From NCBI GenBank assembly GCA_964036045.1, contig OZ038378.1, positions 60,698,001 to 60,762,000 on the forward strand: a DNA stretch of 64,000 nucleotides. Reading direction: 5' to 3'. Positions 33,501 through 47,653 of the stretch are shown here, piece after piece. The translations under genes were made by a program, and so were the position numbers. Numbering within the stretch: the first letter of the stretch is position 1; each line of letters opens with the position of its first letter. This DNA comes from Eutreptiella sp. 'Long Island Sound 2002'. Taxonomy: Eukaryota > Protista > Euglenida. Under the pieces are notes generated by a model, which worked only from the letters and a program-made list of their open reading frames with translations, did not search any database and was not told the DNA's origin.

Positions 33501-34859
33501 TATTTGAAGGTCCCACAAATAGTGCCATGTAAGTTACAAGTGAGTGGGCCATACTTTATGCTGGGGGTATGGGGGGATTGCATTCCGATTTCTACTCTCG
33601 TGGCGTAATGCCACCAGCGTGACATGGGAAATGAGCACCTTGGGGGAAGAGCACCAGGGTGGTCGACAGTTGCAGGAAGTTGTGTAGGAGAGCATGATGG
33701 CAGGTGAATCCTGACAGACGCAGAGTGCCCCAATGAATAATCAAAAAAAAAACTGGAGCCCCCATCAGCAGACTATTGTTGGAGCAGCTGCCATACTGCT
33801 TGTGCAAGGCGGCTAGACCCATGTCTCTCTCACCATGGCTTCATGACTCCCCTAAAGCCTTTACTAACCTCAGAAAAGGACGGTCATGGGGCAACCAGGT
33901 AGAATATTGAAGCCAACCGGGATGGAGCTGGAACACTAAAGAGGGGCTTCAGATGAGAAGTTGCGCTGAACACGTTTTACATGTGCTGTGGAGAGCCTAA
34001 GATCTGTGAATCTCAAAGACCTGTGAAGGGGTTAGACCTCGTACAAAGAGGCTGAGACTTTCCTCAGTCCACTGTGATCTGTGCCCTCTGCTATGCAACT
34101 TTCACTTTGCCCAAGGCTGCAAAGGGGAAGGACTGGAGCACCTGTTGGGTTTTCAAGATAAGTGGCTGCATGTGAACAAAATCTGAGGTAGCACGCCACG
34201 TCTGCAGGTCCGGAGGCCAAGTAGTAGTTTCTCATGTTCCAAGTAGAGAAAAGATGAGCGTAGGAGAGGTAATGAGCATCAGTGAGCCAGTGAGGGATAG
34301 GCCAAGGGAGGGAGGGACCAGTTGTCGCATCTCACATTTCGCTATAGTGTGCCGCATCCTCTGCGGCCCAAGACGGGGCAGCCCATATATCTTCCTCATC
34401 GGTCACCATCAGCCATCACCAGCCGCCCACGCTCTGAAGTCAGTGACTGCCGAACCTGTTCGGTGGCCAGTGAAAGTTTCACTGCCACATCGTTCAGAGG
34501 CACTTCTCCATACATGACGCCGCCACATATCCACCATGGACGCTCCATTGTATCAGTTGGCAGGTGGAGCGTGCACGTTGTGAGGATACTTCTACCTAGA
34601 TTTGCACACTGCGTCAGTGTTCCTGCTGAGAGCTGCGCATTTTCCTGATGTTCCTGTTGAGATACGCCAACTGTGGCAATTTCCTCATGAGACGTATACA
34701 GTGTGCATGCTGTGTCGATGTTCCTACTGAGACTTGCACGCTGTCTCCTGGTTCCGGCTGAGACGTGCACATTGTGTTGATGCTCTTCCTGCTGAGACTT
34801 GTGGTGTTCTGATGGCAGGCTCACAACGAGAGTGCAGCTGCGGATGTAGCCATCCTGGG

Positions 34860-37100
34860 GCTCAGCATCAAAAGGCTTGTGGATTGTGTGTTCATTTCCA
34901 GTAGGATTTCGATGGGTGCACTGGCAATTTCCAATTTTGGGCTTAGGAGCCGAAAAACGAAGCATGGCGTGTGTTGTAAGAGGTGCAGCTGCTACCCCCA
35001 TTTCTTCAGCCCCCCGTGTTTCAGCAGTGTCCCAGCCTCGCTCGTTCGCCCTTTTCTGTGTTGCTCCTGCAGTACCCTGGATATTTCCGACAGTTTTGGC
35101 GCCTCCCCGTACAACGTCTCCCAGGGCCGTCATGCACTGCTGGATAGCAATACGCCAGAGGTGTGTCTGGCGGGACTCAGGGAGTCCCTTGTGGTACCTG
35201 TTGGAACGTTGGAACTGAGGCCAAGAATACCCCTAAAATATACATCTTTGTGGCTACATAGTCCAGAATTTTTGCCTGCAGATGGATATCATCGCTGTTC
35301 TGCACACTGCAACCGCCTACTCTGTATTGATTTCACTGCAACGTGGCACTGGCCCCCTCTCGAGGCGGACTCAGCCACATCCACAGCAGCCCCTGATGCC
35401 TGTTACTGTGCACAGACGGGGACAGGGATTGCTGGATTACAAAACAAGGCCCTCCCTCAATACCCCTCTCAGACTCAGCAGGATGCATGAAGCCTCACGT
35501 TACGGTCACATCCTGGACAGAGTTGGATCTGAGACTGCATCCGCCCTAATGCGCCCCAATTATTGGGATGCATTGCAATCATTCAGGTCCCAGCTCCTGA
35601 GAACGTGGCCACCCTCAACGTGCTACCGGGGTATCATGGCTTCATGGGCACCTTGAAGGATTTGTAGTTTCTGGTGCTTGGCCTGGTAGGGCGCCAATTG
35701 TGCAGCAATTAGCCCAGAATTGACTGTTTTTTTTTTGGTAGTAGCTTTGTGAGATGTGGAGGACGATTACCCCCTAGTCAACGCCAACTGGCTCGAGGGA
35801 GGAATGCACCCTTCTTTCCCTTTTCACCACCATGTGCCCCCATTGATGCATCATCTTGTGCTGTCTAATAAGGGGTTGTCCGCACTGCACACAAAGACAC
35901 ACACACGGATACACCTGGGCGTCCCCGGCGCTCAGGCACGTAGCGGTCCTCTTCTTTCCCACTCAACAGGTCATTAGGAAAGCCAATATGGCTATGCGCA
36001 TCGCGATGGGCATCCGGAGCTGAGCGCTGCCCACTACTCACTGGAAATTGCCACACAACCGAGGGGGATATGCGTTGGGGTCGGCAGGGGACTTTTTACT
36101 GTGGTGCCACTCCACAGCATATGTAAGGGCGCTGAAAGCGCTGGAAGGGGGGGAGGATACAATGGACATGCGCGAATTTAGGGAGTGGGTGCGGGAGCAG
36201 GCTCCAAAGCTCCAGCTTGACCCGGTGTACCTCACAAGCTTTTCTTGGTTCCAAGTGCCGCAGAGTCAATGGTAGTAGTGGTCACCTCCTCGGTGGCATA
36301 TTCCGCATTCACACACATCTGCCCGGGAACCTGCCTGGGAGGGTGGGACGTATTGAGGATTTCGCACTGGACCTCCGTCTTTTTTCATCAACCTGTCAAA
36401 TCCAGAGACCAGGAAAACTGCTTTCATACTTTTTATTGCCCGGCACTTGTGGCCCGGGGGTTTCAGAGAGTGGCAGATTGTGTAACGGGAACGGGACAGT
36501 TGAATGCGGATTTCATCCTGTGCATCCCGCAGTCTTATGGGGCTTTGTACGTGCGACTGCTATTGTAGTACATGGATGTGGCATATGGGAGGGAGCCACG
36601 GCCACAGTGGTTCACACTCCCGCCACTACGAGAGTGGAAGCTATTTCGAGTCTTGAAGGTATGTAAACAACACTTGCAGGTGGACACACCAGCCACGATC
36701 AGTATGGGAAGCGCTGTTGACACAGACAATCCCGTTTAAGCTTCACGAGTTTGTTGTAACGGTGCTATGGCGTAAGCTCCCAGTCGCCCAGCAGCTAGCA
36801 CAGTTCCTGGTGGTGGAGGGTAATGATTGTGCGTTGTGTGCGGTTGCTGAAGATCATGATCATGTTTTCAAGAAGTGCTTTTTCCTCCCGGACTCTCTAG
36901 ACCTGATCCGCCGATTGTGGGGGTTGCACGTTTGGGACAATGTCTGGTATGAGCCCTCGCGGCTTTGCACGGACCGCTCTTTGATATCGGTCACCACCAT
37001 CCAAGGGTGGCTTGTGTGGACCCCGGGGTATGCGCGCTAGCTCATCCGCCGTTAGGCGATCAGTACTCTCCCATCGGATATAGCCACAGCAGTTCTGCAA
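34860..37100 (+). pseudogene. Decayed L1/Tx1-like LINE ORF2 (RT remnant plus zf-RVT)
   Basis: 36717-37040 reads FVVTVLWRKLPVAQQL...CALCAVAEDHDHVFKKCFF (zf-RVT pattern). LCIPQSYGALYV upstream resembles the LP..GGLG thumb motif. The RT catalytic motifs are unreadable. Confidence 0.55.
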
Positions 37101-37449
37101 CGCTTTCATGCTACTCTGTTAAGCTGACAATCCCACGGGCAACATTGCCACAGGAGGTGGTCACAACCACTTGCGACTGCTTAAAGGACATTTCAGGAGT
37201 CCGCGACAAACTACACGGGGTGGCTCGACAGCCGAGGAATCGCTTGAGGCTCATTTCTCTCACGCCCCCCAACAAGTGGGGGCGCAAACGGCCAGACAAA
37301 CAAGGCATGAGGCGTGGGGAGGATGTTCGGGGATGCCCACGACGTGTAGTCTGTCATGGGCGTGGTGGGGCGGAACGAGACGGTCATGGAGGCGGAGCCT
37401 CTGCCATCCCTACCCATGGGACCAGTGCGAACCCTGGTGGAACAACCGC

Positions 37450-40400
37450 GTAGGCGGGATACCCAACTGTGGGGACGCCCCCCCCCCCCCCCCCAACAGT
37501 GGTACTCTGTTCCACAACACGTCGTGCGCGTCGTACGCGTTGCGCGCGTATTCCACGCGTGGCTCTCCATGTGTCCCCGGAGCCACACCAATTCGTTCTG
37601 CGCGTTCCGGACGTTGTGCGCGTCGTAGAACCTTTTTTTAAATTCGTCCAGAACGTCTGGAACATTTCATGTGTCTCTCGTCACAAATGATGTCTCCGTA
37701 GACAAAGGAATATCACACTAGTGGGCACACCTTGTCGTCGATGAAGGGGCCCCGCGAATCAACGGAATAGTGGGTAACGCAATTTTCACATTTTGTTGGG
37801 ACGTATCCCCGTACGGCTGCATTGCACCCATTCATCCATTTTTTGCCAAGCGAATCCATTTAATGCCCCTCGCTAGGCCATTTCCCCGATGGACCTAAGT
37901 CACCAGAAGCCAAGGCCGGGTGTCCTAGAGGCGGTGGTGGCAGCCATGCTACCGGAGGGCTCTGAGGGGACACTCGAACTCCATGGTAGCGTTGTATTGG
38001 TGTTGACCAACTTGCATATGTCTGTGCCCCCAAATGATATTTTGCCTCCATGCACAACACCATTGGTGACCTACATGCTCACTTGCACCTATTATATGTC
38101 GCGTGGACCTTGCTGGCGCCCCATGCGTTCCAACTAGGGGCCCACCAACACACCTGGGTCACTGTGCGGTACCATTGATGACAGAAAGCCCAAAAGTCCC
38201 ATGTGAATTCCGTCGGCGTGTACCGCATCTTTGCCCTTACCACCTTTCCAAAAACATCTTGGGCATGTTGTCATCGGAGGCCCGTTGATTAACGGGTATC
38301 AACGTCAGTCGTATGTGCGTTATGGCATAGTTAGCCAACACCCCCCTTGGCACTTCAGTACCATCCTGTATTGTGGTAAATAGATTAGTAGTACCTTCAA
38401 GGTCAGCGACGAACTTGATGTTCTTACACAAGCTATCCACACGGGGAAGCATTACTCTCATCATACTTCTCACTATGAATTGCTGCCCATGTTCCCTAAT
38501 GTCAACGCCCCCACACCAAATTGGTTGGAGCATTTGTAGTCGTAGTATATAGTCTCATATGCATTCCCAAGAGCATGACTAAGGAGACCCGTGCACAATG
38601 TCACACGTTGCTTTGTCTTACCACTAGAATGCTCCATACGCCTTTTCCAATTGCATTCCCAAACCCAGGTGCCAATGTGCTCTAGCACAGGGCAATATTG
38701 AAGTATCAGGGGCATTAGAGCCTAAAACAAAGCTTTAGCTCAAATATCTCAACTCCCCAACCCCAAATTTTGTATGCGTGTGTCTAGACCCCTGTATGTG
38801 CTTTGGTGTCGATATCAATCTCAGCACACTTTTCTTCATGTGCAATAGTGATGGTTTATTGTACAGGCTGTCACCCGGAACAAAACCCTTTTGAACTCGT
38901 TCCACTAGTGTGAGCACTGGATGGAACAACCTGTATATACCTTTGATAGCAAACTTGTACGGGTGCCATCCTGCATACACAATGGGGCGCCTATCCCTCC
39001 TGTACAAACATGCATAAATCATCTTGCTACAGTGGTGGTGTACATTCATGTCCATAAGAAGTGGCAAGCTGGAGCGAGTCTCAATTTGACCGACCCCTAG
39101 CATTCTTACGAGCATTTTTTTGAGGTGCTGATGCACGCGCAACGCTGATAACATGAGAGCCCGCCATAGGAGGCTTCACATATTCCTCTGGGCAACATCA
39201 AGTGGCACCCGCATGAAGGGCGTTTGCACCTTGTCGCACACGGCTCCACCGTGCGCACCACAACATCCAACTCCGCAACAAGAGCAGCTGCCGCGTGAAG
39301 TGTGTTCCACTAGGTCATGACTTATGGTGTGCCCAGCGAATAGCGGCAACTTTGTTGTGTGTTATATTGAATGTGCGGTGTTGTTCAAACTCTTGTCCGT
39401 ATTTAAATAGTTTGGGCCATGACACTCCTTATTAAAATTGTGTAGCCACACGATCACCTGCACATTGGCAACGGAAATGCTATGCACCATTGCATCAAGA
39501 CCCAGTCTTCATCGTCGCCACTTCTGACCCAATTCTTTTGACCTTGCCGGGGTAGGATCCGTTGCCTTGGCCGCCAAGCAGGCGGCAAACTTCCGCGCTA
39601 GCCACTTCAGTATCTTGCTGCTTTCCTCCTTACGTGTTGTTGCCTTCAGTGTTGCAGGGTGCTTTTACTCAATCTGCTCCATGCTGTTGACAAACTTGTC
39701 CTCCTCCATGTTACAGGCCCACAAGAATATCGTCGGCCTGAACATCTTGTGCAATTTGTTACATTGTCCAGATAATAAGATGGCAATCCTAACGCCGGAA
39801 GCGGCGTTGCACATGACCCCGGTATCAGCCTCGCCTTAGGCACACACCTGAGCAAGTATCATCGGTGGTACAGTCTCGCCCTCGCCGTGAGTCGTCATGC
39901 ACGTTCTCCGCACGATTTCTCAAAACATCTACCTCTTCCCGCTCTTCCCATTCCTGCAACATGAACGTCATTGTTCGCATAGTGTCCTTGAACTGCCTGG
40001 CACCACCGCTAGCTTGCCGGTTGCGGTGGTCCATTGCCGCCGCTCTCAAGGAGTGTGCATCTGCATTGAACACTAACACAAAGGTAGCCCGCATGGCCTC
40101 ATGGAGCTTGAGCTCCTGCAGTGACCGCCGCGCCCCGTGATGTCCTTCCTCTCCATGGCCAGTGCTATTGCGGTTGTTTCAGGTGACAGGGCGCTCACCA
40201 CGTGTACTTCGTTGTCAGGAGGTAGGGACACTTGTGTTGCATACGAGCATTGCACAATAGGTGGCATACCACTCATATCGATAGCAAACCAATCAATGAG
40301 GCTTGAAAATACAACATAACGCTGTCTCGAGCTTTCGAGCTCTTACGTGCCGTTTGTTGATGGGCAATTGTGTACAATGTACAAGAAATAAGTCTTGTCG

Positions 40401-41500
40401 TCCTCTCTCATTCGCAACACATCTCACCAATATCATGCCAGATGCACTTTTGGATCAAGACAAACATGAAGCCAGCGGCTTCACTTGCATCGTGGAGGTT
40501 CATTAGCATAACACATAGCAAACGTTGGCATCCATGGTAAGACGGAAATTAATCAAAATTCGGATGAAAACAACCACCGTTCGCCCAGATTGTTGAATTC
40601 AGTTTGCCGTCAAGCACACAAAGGTGAACCAAAGGTAATGGGATGAATTGTACGTCTTTGTAGGACCTAGAGCGTTACTGTCAAGGTTAGAATAGGTTAT
40701 TCGATGCCCCCATGATGATCGCTATGACTAATTTCGGGTGCCTTGACACTGGGTGTACTTTTCGGAGAAGGTGACGTGGTCACCTCGCCTTTGCCTTCAC
40801 GCTCCACTACACCGCCACTTCACCTTCCCACTGAAGGCCCATTGCAAGCTCACTACCAACAAACTAAAAGGTCACTAAACGTTCGGAAGGTTCACCGAAG
40901 GCTCCTTGATAGGTCACTGACTTGCACTAGGTCAATGTTCACAATTAGTGTTCACGCATTTTCACCAATTGCCGCCATGCACCAAAGTCCCCTTTGCACC
41001 ATCCTTTCTACCATTGCAGCCCTACCCCGCCCTTCCCGTGTAGCTTGTGTTGAATCCCTACAAGGCCTCCTGTACTCCCTTTGTTTTGTCACCTTTTTAC
41101 GCAAGGCGTCCCACACCTCCCTACGCAAATTGTCGTCCGATGTGTGGTTGTCTACCACACATTTGAGTCCGAGCTTGTCATGCCACAAGCTTACCCCCCC
41201 TCTTGTTCCGCAGCATTCCTCTTGACCCGTACCAGGCTCCCCTCTAGACTAAAGCAACTAAACGTACCCAAGGTCCCCGGATTTGCCAAATAAGCATACA
41301 TGTGCTCAATCCACATGTGCGTCCATAGGCCCTTACTCCATCGCAAGGCAATGTGCTTTGCCCCCAACGTCCGATGATGGCGGAGCACAGGCAATTGTTT
41401 CTACCCGCTCAAAAAACCCCCCTTGCCATGCCGCCTTGCACATTTCAGGAAAGACCTGCCACCAATCATGGCGTCCCCCTCCACATGGTGCGCACCGATT
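37450..41500 (-). pseudogene. Large decayed transposase-like coding region of unassigned family
   Basis: Ordered motifs VIVWLHNF..GPN...SLNNTA (~39470-39380), LPLLMDMNVHHHCSKMIY and IVYAGWHPYKFAIKGIYRLF (ORF 38735-39154). By recall they resemble the DN / GDQ / G.FH layout of DUF6589-type proteins; not verified. Confidence 0.35.
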
Positions 41501-41629
41501 TTTCGTCCCATTTCTTGCAACATTGGGACCCACAATCTTACTGTCACATACTCTAAGGGGGTGCCTAACTCAAGGCAGACATGCCCTTTTGCATTCACCT
41601 TAGGCGGCCCAACGGGGGGTGCTAAAAAA

Positions 41630-42480
41630 CACTATTGTGGACTATTCGTCAAGTCAAAGGCCAATGAATGCTACAAGCCGTGTGTACACTATTTGCCAAC
41701 TTCAAGCCCAAGACTATCCGTCAACTCAAAGCCCAATGAAAAACAGAGATAGTGTGCACACTATCCGTCAACTCAAAGCCCAATGAAAAGTGCAAACTAC
41801 ATTTCAACTCAAAGGCCAATGAATGGCGCAAGCCGTGTGCCCACTATCTACCGACCCTACCCCTAACCCCATGAATAGTGCAAACATTGTGTAGAATATC
41901 CGTCGACTCAAAGCCCAAGGAGTAGCGCATCTATTGTGCCGATTATCCATCAACTCAAAGCCCAATGAGCAGCGCAAACATGCTTTAAACAATGTGGAGA
42001 TGATTTGTCAGCTCAATACCAAATGAATGACGCAATCAATGTGCACGATCCGTCAACTCCAAGCCCAATGAATGTTGAAAGCAATCTTGTGGACTATTCG
42101 TCAAGTCAAAGGCTAGTGAATGCTGCAACCAGACATGTAGACTTTCTGCCACTGCAAGCCCAATTGATGCTGCATCATGTGGGCTACCCAAACTACCGCC
42201 CAATGAATAGTGCAATCAATGTGTACAATATCCACCAACACAAACCCTGTTGAATGCAACTATCCGTCAACACAAAGGCAAACAAACATTGCAATCAATG
42301 TGAAGACTCTCTGCCAACTTTGAGCCCAATGAACGCTGCAAGACTGTGCAGAGTGTCCGTCACATCAAAGTCAGATGGAGGCAACCAATCTGCTGAACAA
42401 CCGTCAACGCAACGTCCAATGAATGCTGCCAACAGTGTGTAGACTGTCCGTCCACCCAAAGCGACAAAGAATTGACATGA
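41630..42480. repeat. Degenerate ~45-47-bp satellite (CTATCCGTCAACTCAAAGCCCAATGAAT...)
   Basis: The core recurs about every 45-50 bp; further blocks at 42975-43185 (inverted), 49490-49765 (inverted), 49770-50215 and 50705-51065. Confidence 0.9.
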
Positions 42481-42488
42481 CCCCACGA

Positions 42489-42955
42489 ATCCCTGCGTGA
42501 AGCTTGATGGACCACCACCCACTCATACATCCCTTGGTGGAGATGGGTAGGCACCCTACACCATGACATATCCTTGATTTGCCCGTACAGAGCCCTACCC
42601 AACCACACATCCTGGCACGGTGCCTGTCTACGGCCCTACCCAAGCACACACACCACAACGGTGCTGATGGCGCAATATTCAAATGCATGTTCTCCAATGG
42701 CCCATTCCCCATACCTAATCAGCCGTCCAACTATCAATCTTGGCCCGTAGATTTCGTGAAGACAAGCATTGGAGTGGACTCAGCCCTCATAGCTGGCACC
42801 AGCCAATCCAAGGTGACACTTCTCCAGAAGGTGCTATTTGTTAAAGCAGAGGCACCACTAGGTGGGAAGGAAATTTCTGTGCGGACTATCTGTCAACCCA
42901 AAAGCCAAGAAAAGGTACAACTAGTCCATAGACCATCAATCAACTCCAAGCGCAA
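42489..42955 (+). repeat. ~470-bp direct repeat, copy 1
   Basis: Nearly identical to 50217-50703; about 5 substitutions and one 21-bp indel counted by eye. Confidence 0.95.
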
Positions 42956-44959
42956 CGCATGCTGAATGATAGTTTGCACATCCATTGCATTGGGCGGTCA
43001 AGTGATGGATAGTGTACCCACCCTGTACAATATCCATTGGGGCTTCCACTTGACAGACAGTGTGCGCACTGCTTGAAGCATTTATTGGGCTTGCACGAGA
43101 CAGATAGTCTACATACTTGGTTGCACTATTCATCGGCCACTGACGTGGCCGATAGCTTGCACACTTTGTTTTCACATCTTGGGTTTAGTGTTGAGAGATA
43201 GGCGGAGCGTTTGCGTAGCTCACGCCACGCACACACCATGCACTACCTTTATGGCGGGTTTCCCTAGAATCGGCTCACTTTTACACGGTCAGATAACGCT
43301 CCCTAAGGGGAGCACACAAGACCTATGTAAACATGGCTTTGTTTCACCCTTTCTAGCCCCTCCCAGGGTGAGCGCAAAAAGAATAAATAGCATTGATATG
43401 CAATGCAAGGCACACACAGAAGGGTATGGAAACACAGCCGTGAAGCAAGTGTGACTTGATATTCAATCAAACTCGCAATAATGTTAAAATTGGTTGTGAA
43501 AATCAGCGCTGCAACCAAAGTTGACGGAATTGGCAGTCAAGTTGCAAGAAAAATAAAAACATACAACATGTACTTAGGCGTACAAATAAGGATAGTGTCA
43601 CATCAGGCCAATAGTGCAAAGAGTGGCACTCGTTTCCTAGGCCGATGAACACCCACCGCTCCCCTTTTGAGCACCTTCAGCAGTGGTGGGACTTGAGGCC
43701 AACAAACCAGCATGATGAAAACCCTCAGGCACAACATCTAGCTCAGGTGTAGTAGGATCATTCCCCTTAGTAGGCCAGGCTTGGTTAGCAGACTACGCTC
43801 TTGCCTTTTTCAAAGGGGTCTTGACAGGCCCCTGAGTAGTGTCATCCACCCTTCCACACTCTTCTCCCTCGCCCTCGATCTCATCTTGGGGACGATACCT
43901 CACCAGTCACGTCAGCAAGCACGGCCATCAAAAAGCAACACATCATCCCAAAAAAACAATTGGAACATTGTCATCATCCTTACTCCTAGCAGTCGGGCTG
44001 CTAGCAAATTCAAAAGTCATTCCCTAAGGGTTACCAAGGTAACCCACCACCAAGTTACATTCATGTCTCATTGGAGTGGGCATGCGGGCTAGCAAGCTTG
44101 GGTCACTAGTGGCATCAAGCATCCCATGCACGTCACAGCCCTTTGTCACAACAGTTGAAAAAGGTAGCCAACCACTTCGGCGGCCAATGCGCCGAACCAA
44201 GACCCCTCGACAAAACTGACATACCTCAAAAACTTCATACCACTCAAAATGTCCCATCCCAGTACACACAACGAATCTTTGCCATGTTGTCATCCTGCCA
44301 CCCTATCATGCGACCGGTGTTGAAAGGGAGGATAGTAATGTCAACAATCACCTCCTGAGACAGGTACCTTGGAAACCGGTACAAGCTTTAACGTCACGGT
44401 GTCACTAACAACAATCACAGGGACTCCTTTCTCCAACAATTGGCCAATCAAATTGTGCATGTCCACTATCCATGCTAGTGGCAACTCAACCAAAGCGAAA
44501 GCAAATGGCATGACAAACCTACAACCAGGAACAGCCACACCATGCCTCAAATCCATTATCCCGACCATAATAAATCTCCGCATAGACCCATCTTCAGTAG
44601 GTACTTGCCGTGTCGTGTTAACCGTGAACAAACGAATACAAGCATCGGTGTTCAATGTAGGGATAGCCAAAGGGCGTAGCAATATGCTGTGAATGTCGGT
44701 GCACCCATGTAGGTGCCACAAAGGTGCCTTCACAATACTTGACCACGGAGAAAATGTCGCATCCTCTTGCCAGGCACACGACCCCATCAAGACCCTGATA
44801 TGGGACGCCACAGGCAGTGTCGCTTACATTGGTTGAGGGTGGCCAAGATTTCTATAAGCACAAGAGGCAACATCACCTCGTCTTGGGATGGGAGGCAGGG
44901 GAGGGGGGGGCTCACTGAAATAGAGTTAGATTTGCAGTGGCATGATCCAAATGTATAGA

Positions 44960-47350
44960 AATTAAGCTAAGGCCACATACGCACATACTTCTCCTCTCAA
45001 AAACCAAATTTGTGTTCTGCGGATGTGTAACATGCAAAACATTGATGTTTTCACATCTCGGCAGTGTCGCTTCATGCCAGCCCTGGAGAACTTATTGCCG
45101 CTCATGTCACTCACCACCACCATAATGTACTCTAGCGTCCAGGCCTTTGCTTCTGTTAGGTTTCCCAGCTCAACGTTGATGCCCCTAGCTGCCATGGTTG
45201 CCACCGCATCAATAGCAGTTGATTGTGCAATAGCCGCCATCTTACTCAGCTCTCCCCATTTCGCTACGACTTTATGCTAAAAAGACACATGTGTCAGTTC
45301 CAAACTACGACTATGATGAAAAATTCAGGTAGGTTCAACAGACTTTCATGAAATTCAATTCCCCTTTTGCAAAAGTACAGTACCCTCTGCGTGAAAAATT
45401 AGTGAGCCGCAATAAACTCCCAATTCGATACAACAACAACACAAAATGAACCCCAGGCATCCATACCAACATTCCTTCGTCGGCTCTACAGCTAGCACTC
45501 TGCACCATAAGCAGGGTCTAGTGCGGTAGTGGAACTCTGTCGCCGGGATGCCCCGATAGCTGGGTAGGTAATAGCCGCATCCTCTCTGCAGTGGTTGAAG
45601 GCGCAGATGATATTGTCGTCACCTAGTGCAAGCCAGCCAGTCCGCGTGTCATTGCCCAGGAGACCCCATCTTTGACCACCCATCTAGCAAACATCTCCTA
45701 CCATCGTTGCCTCGGTACATATGCGGTATAGAACTCTTGGCGACGCTTCAGTGCAGCTTGCCAAACATATTAGAGTCCAATGAAATAGTAACCCCCCTCC
45801 TGTAGGTGGGCATGTGATGTGAACATGTCTAAAGGGATGTTCAGTCAACACTGAACACATGGAGCGTAGGTAGTAGTAGGAAAGCTTGCACACAAGTGTG
45901 GCCCATACTCAATTTGGGTACCAGCTCGTCCAACATATTAAGCGGTACTGAAGCCGTTAAGTCATTTTACGGCATCAGTAAGCGTTGTGGATCAACCCGT
46001 CCAGTGTCACCTTGTGACAATTTCTCGTAAACGTACAATTCTTCGCACACAACAGTCACCGTCCTAGTCAACAAGGTGGGCAGCAACTTGGGCTTTGGTT
46101 TGAGCTTTGGCCTACGCCGTGCTTCAGTCTCTGTTCGGGACGGCAAAGATAGCTGGGTCAGAGCTGGTGCACGGTCTAGAGCACCCTCCTCTTCCATGGT
46201 ATCATCATCGGGTGGATATTGCGCTAGCTGTGCGTTGCGCCTTTGCTGCGCCATGAAGAGGAAGGCCTTAGAAACAATCGAATGCAGAAATTTTGTGGGC
46301 TGCCCTCTAACGTTTTCGGGGTTTGAACAGTACCGAAAAGGGTATGCGTGACACTCCATCCGGGAACATGATCTTAGTATCATGTTTTTGCTTTTCTCCC
46401 AGTCAACATAGCCTCAAATGCATTCACTTCACAAATATGAACATTCCACGCAAAAAGTAGTGCAGTATTCTCAACATAGACATCACATGACTGAAAATTG
46501 AGTCAACGCACGGCAAATATGAATGAGTCACTCAAGCAATGCAAAGAACAACATAGTAGAACACAACAGAATCGTAAAAGTAGCCAAATGTAGTAACTTA
46601 TCCTAGACGTCCATTGGTACCCCAAGTTTCGGTCCATAATCAAGAAGTTCCACTTTTACATTACTACCACTGTGCATAGATACCCTATAATCTTCACTAT
46701 CACTCAGAACGTTTGCAATAGGCGCAACTAAAGGACCGACAATTGGAGGGCCCCCAGCAACGGTAGCTCCGCGCACTGCCCCCCCACCCCCCCCCCCCCT
46801 TTTCCTCTTGCATCACGCTTGGTGCGGCGTGTAGTACGGAAAGTGTCTATATCAGTGTCCACTTGGGGAAAAATGAGTTGCACAGCAAATTGGTCATACG
46901 TGTCTAACCACGCGCACACACCTGCAGGAACGGATGTGGTAGCCAACACTAGTTTCAATGGATGCCGAACAAATTATGTGGCACTAATTTCAGTCACCCG
47001 TAGACGCCACCAATCATTTGAATCGGGGTTATGTACAGGGCACTGTAGTTGCCCCTGATTGTGGCCCCTATAATGCAGCCAGTTGGTGACTGTTCGGGTT
47101 GCGGGGATGTGGAGGAAGGTGTTCAACCTCCGCAAGAAATGCAACTTTGATGAGCAGCTATGAGCCACAGCAATGGCAAGGCGGCTGCACAATGATGGAG
47201 AATCGTGTGCTCCTCGTGTTTCATACGGGCGGAGGGTAAGGCACATGTGTTGCCCGCCGGGCATGATGGCTAGGCAAAGGCAAGCCAGTTGATGAGGGTA
47301 GGCTAATGTTGTGGCAAGAACCGTGAAACCGTCATTTAACAATTCGGCGG
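44960..47350 (-). pseudogene. Unassigned decayed coding fragments
   Basis: Protein-like stretches such as CHAYPFRYCSNPENV...KAFLFMAQQRR (45967-46383) and AAIAQSTAIDAVATMAARGINVELGNL (44962-45240), broken by stops; no family recognised. Confidence 0.3.
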
Positions 47351-47653
47351 TGCGGAGGTTGCCAGCGCCAGAGCTGAGGGGTTTGGCATTTCATGGGCGT
47401 GCTTTCAGACACCTACTAACCGACGGATTCCGGACTTCGGTGCCCATGGCGTATTGACAGAGTGCGATTCCGCTTTCTTGGGTACCGTGCATGTTCTAAG
47501 GGGACAAGGGGCAATGAGCAAGGGCAACACGGCACGTTTGGTGCGGCAAGTTGGAAATGGGGAACGTAAAGCCGCCCGAACCGTATGCCGTGGAAGATAG
47601 GGGCCGGAGAAGGTGAACTTAGGCGGCCCAACTGGGGGTGCCTCCAAAAAGGG

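Noticed and set aside
44050-44080. DMNV motif as a second copy of the 38-39 kb transposase-like gene
   Set aside because: The downstream GWHxYK motif is absent; probably chance.
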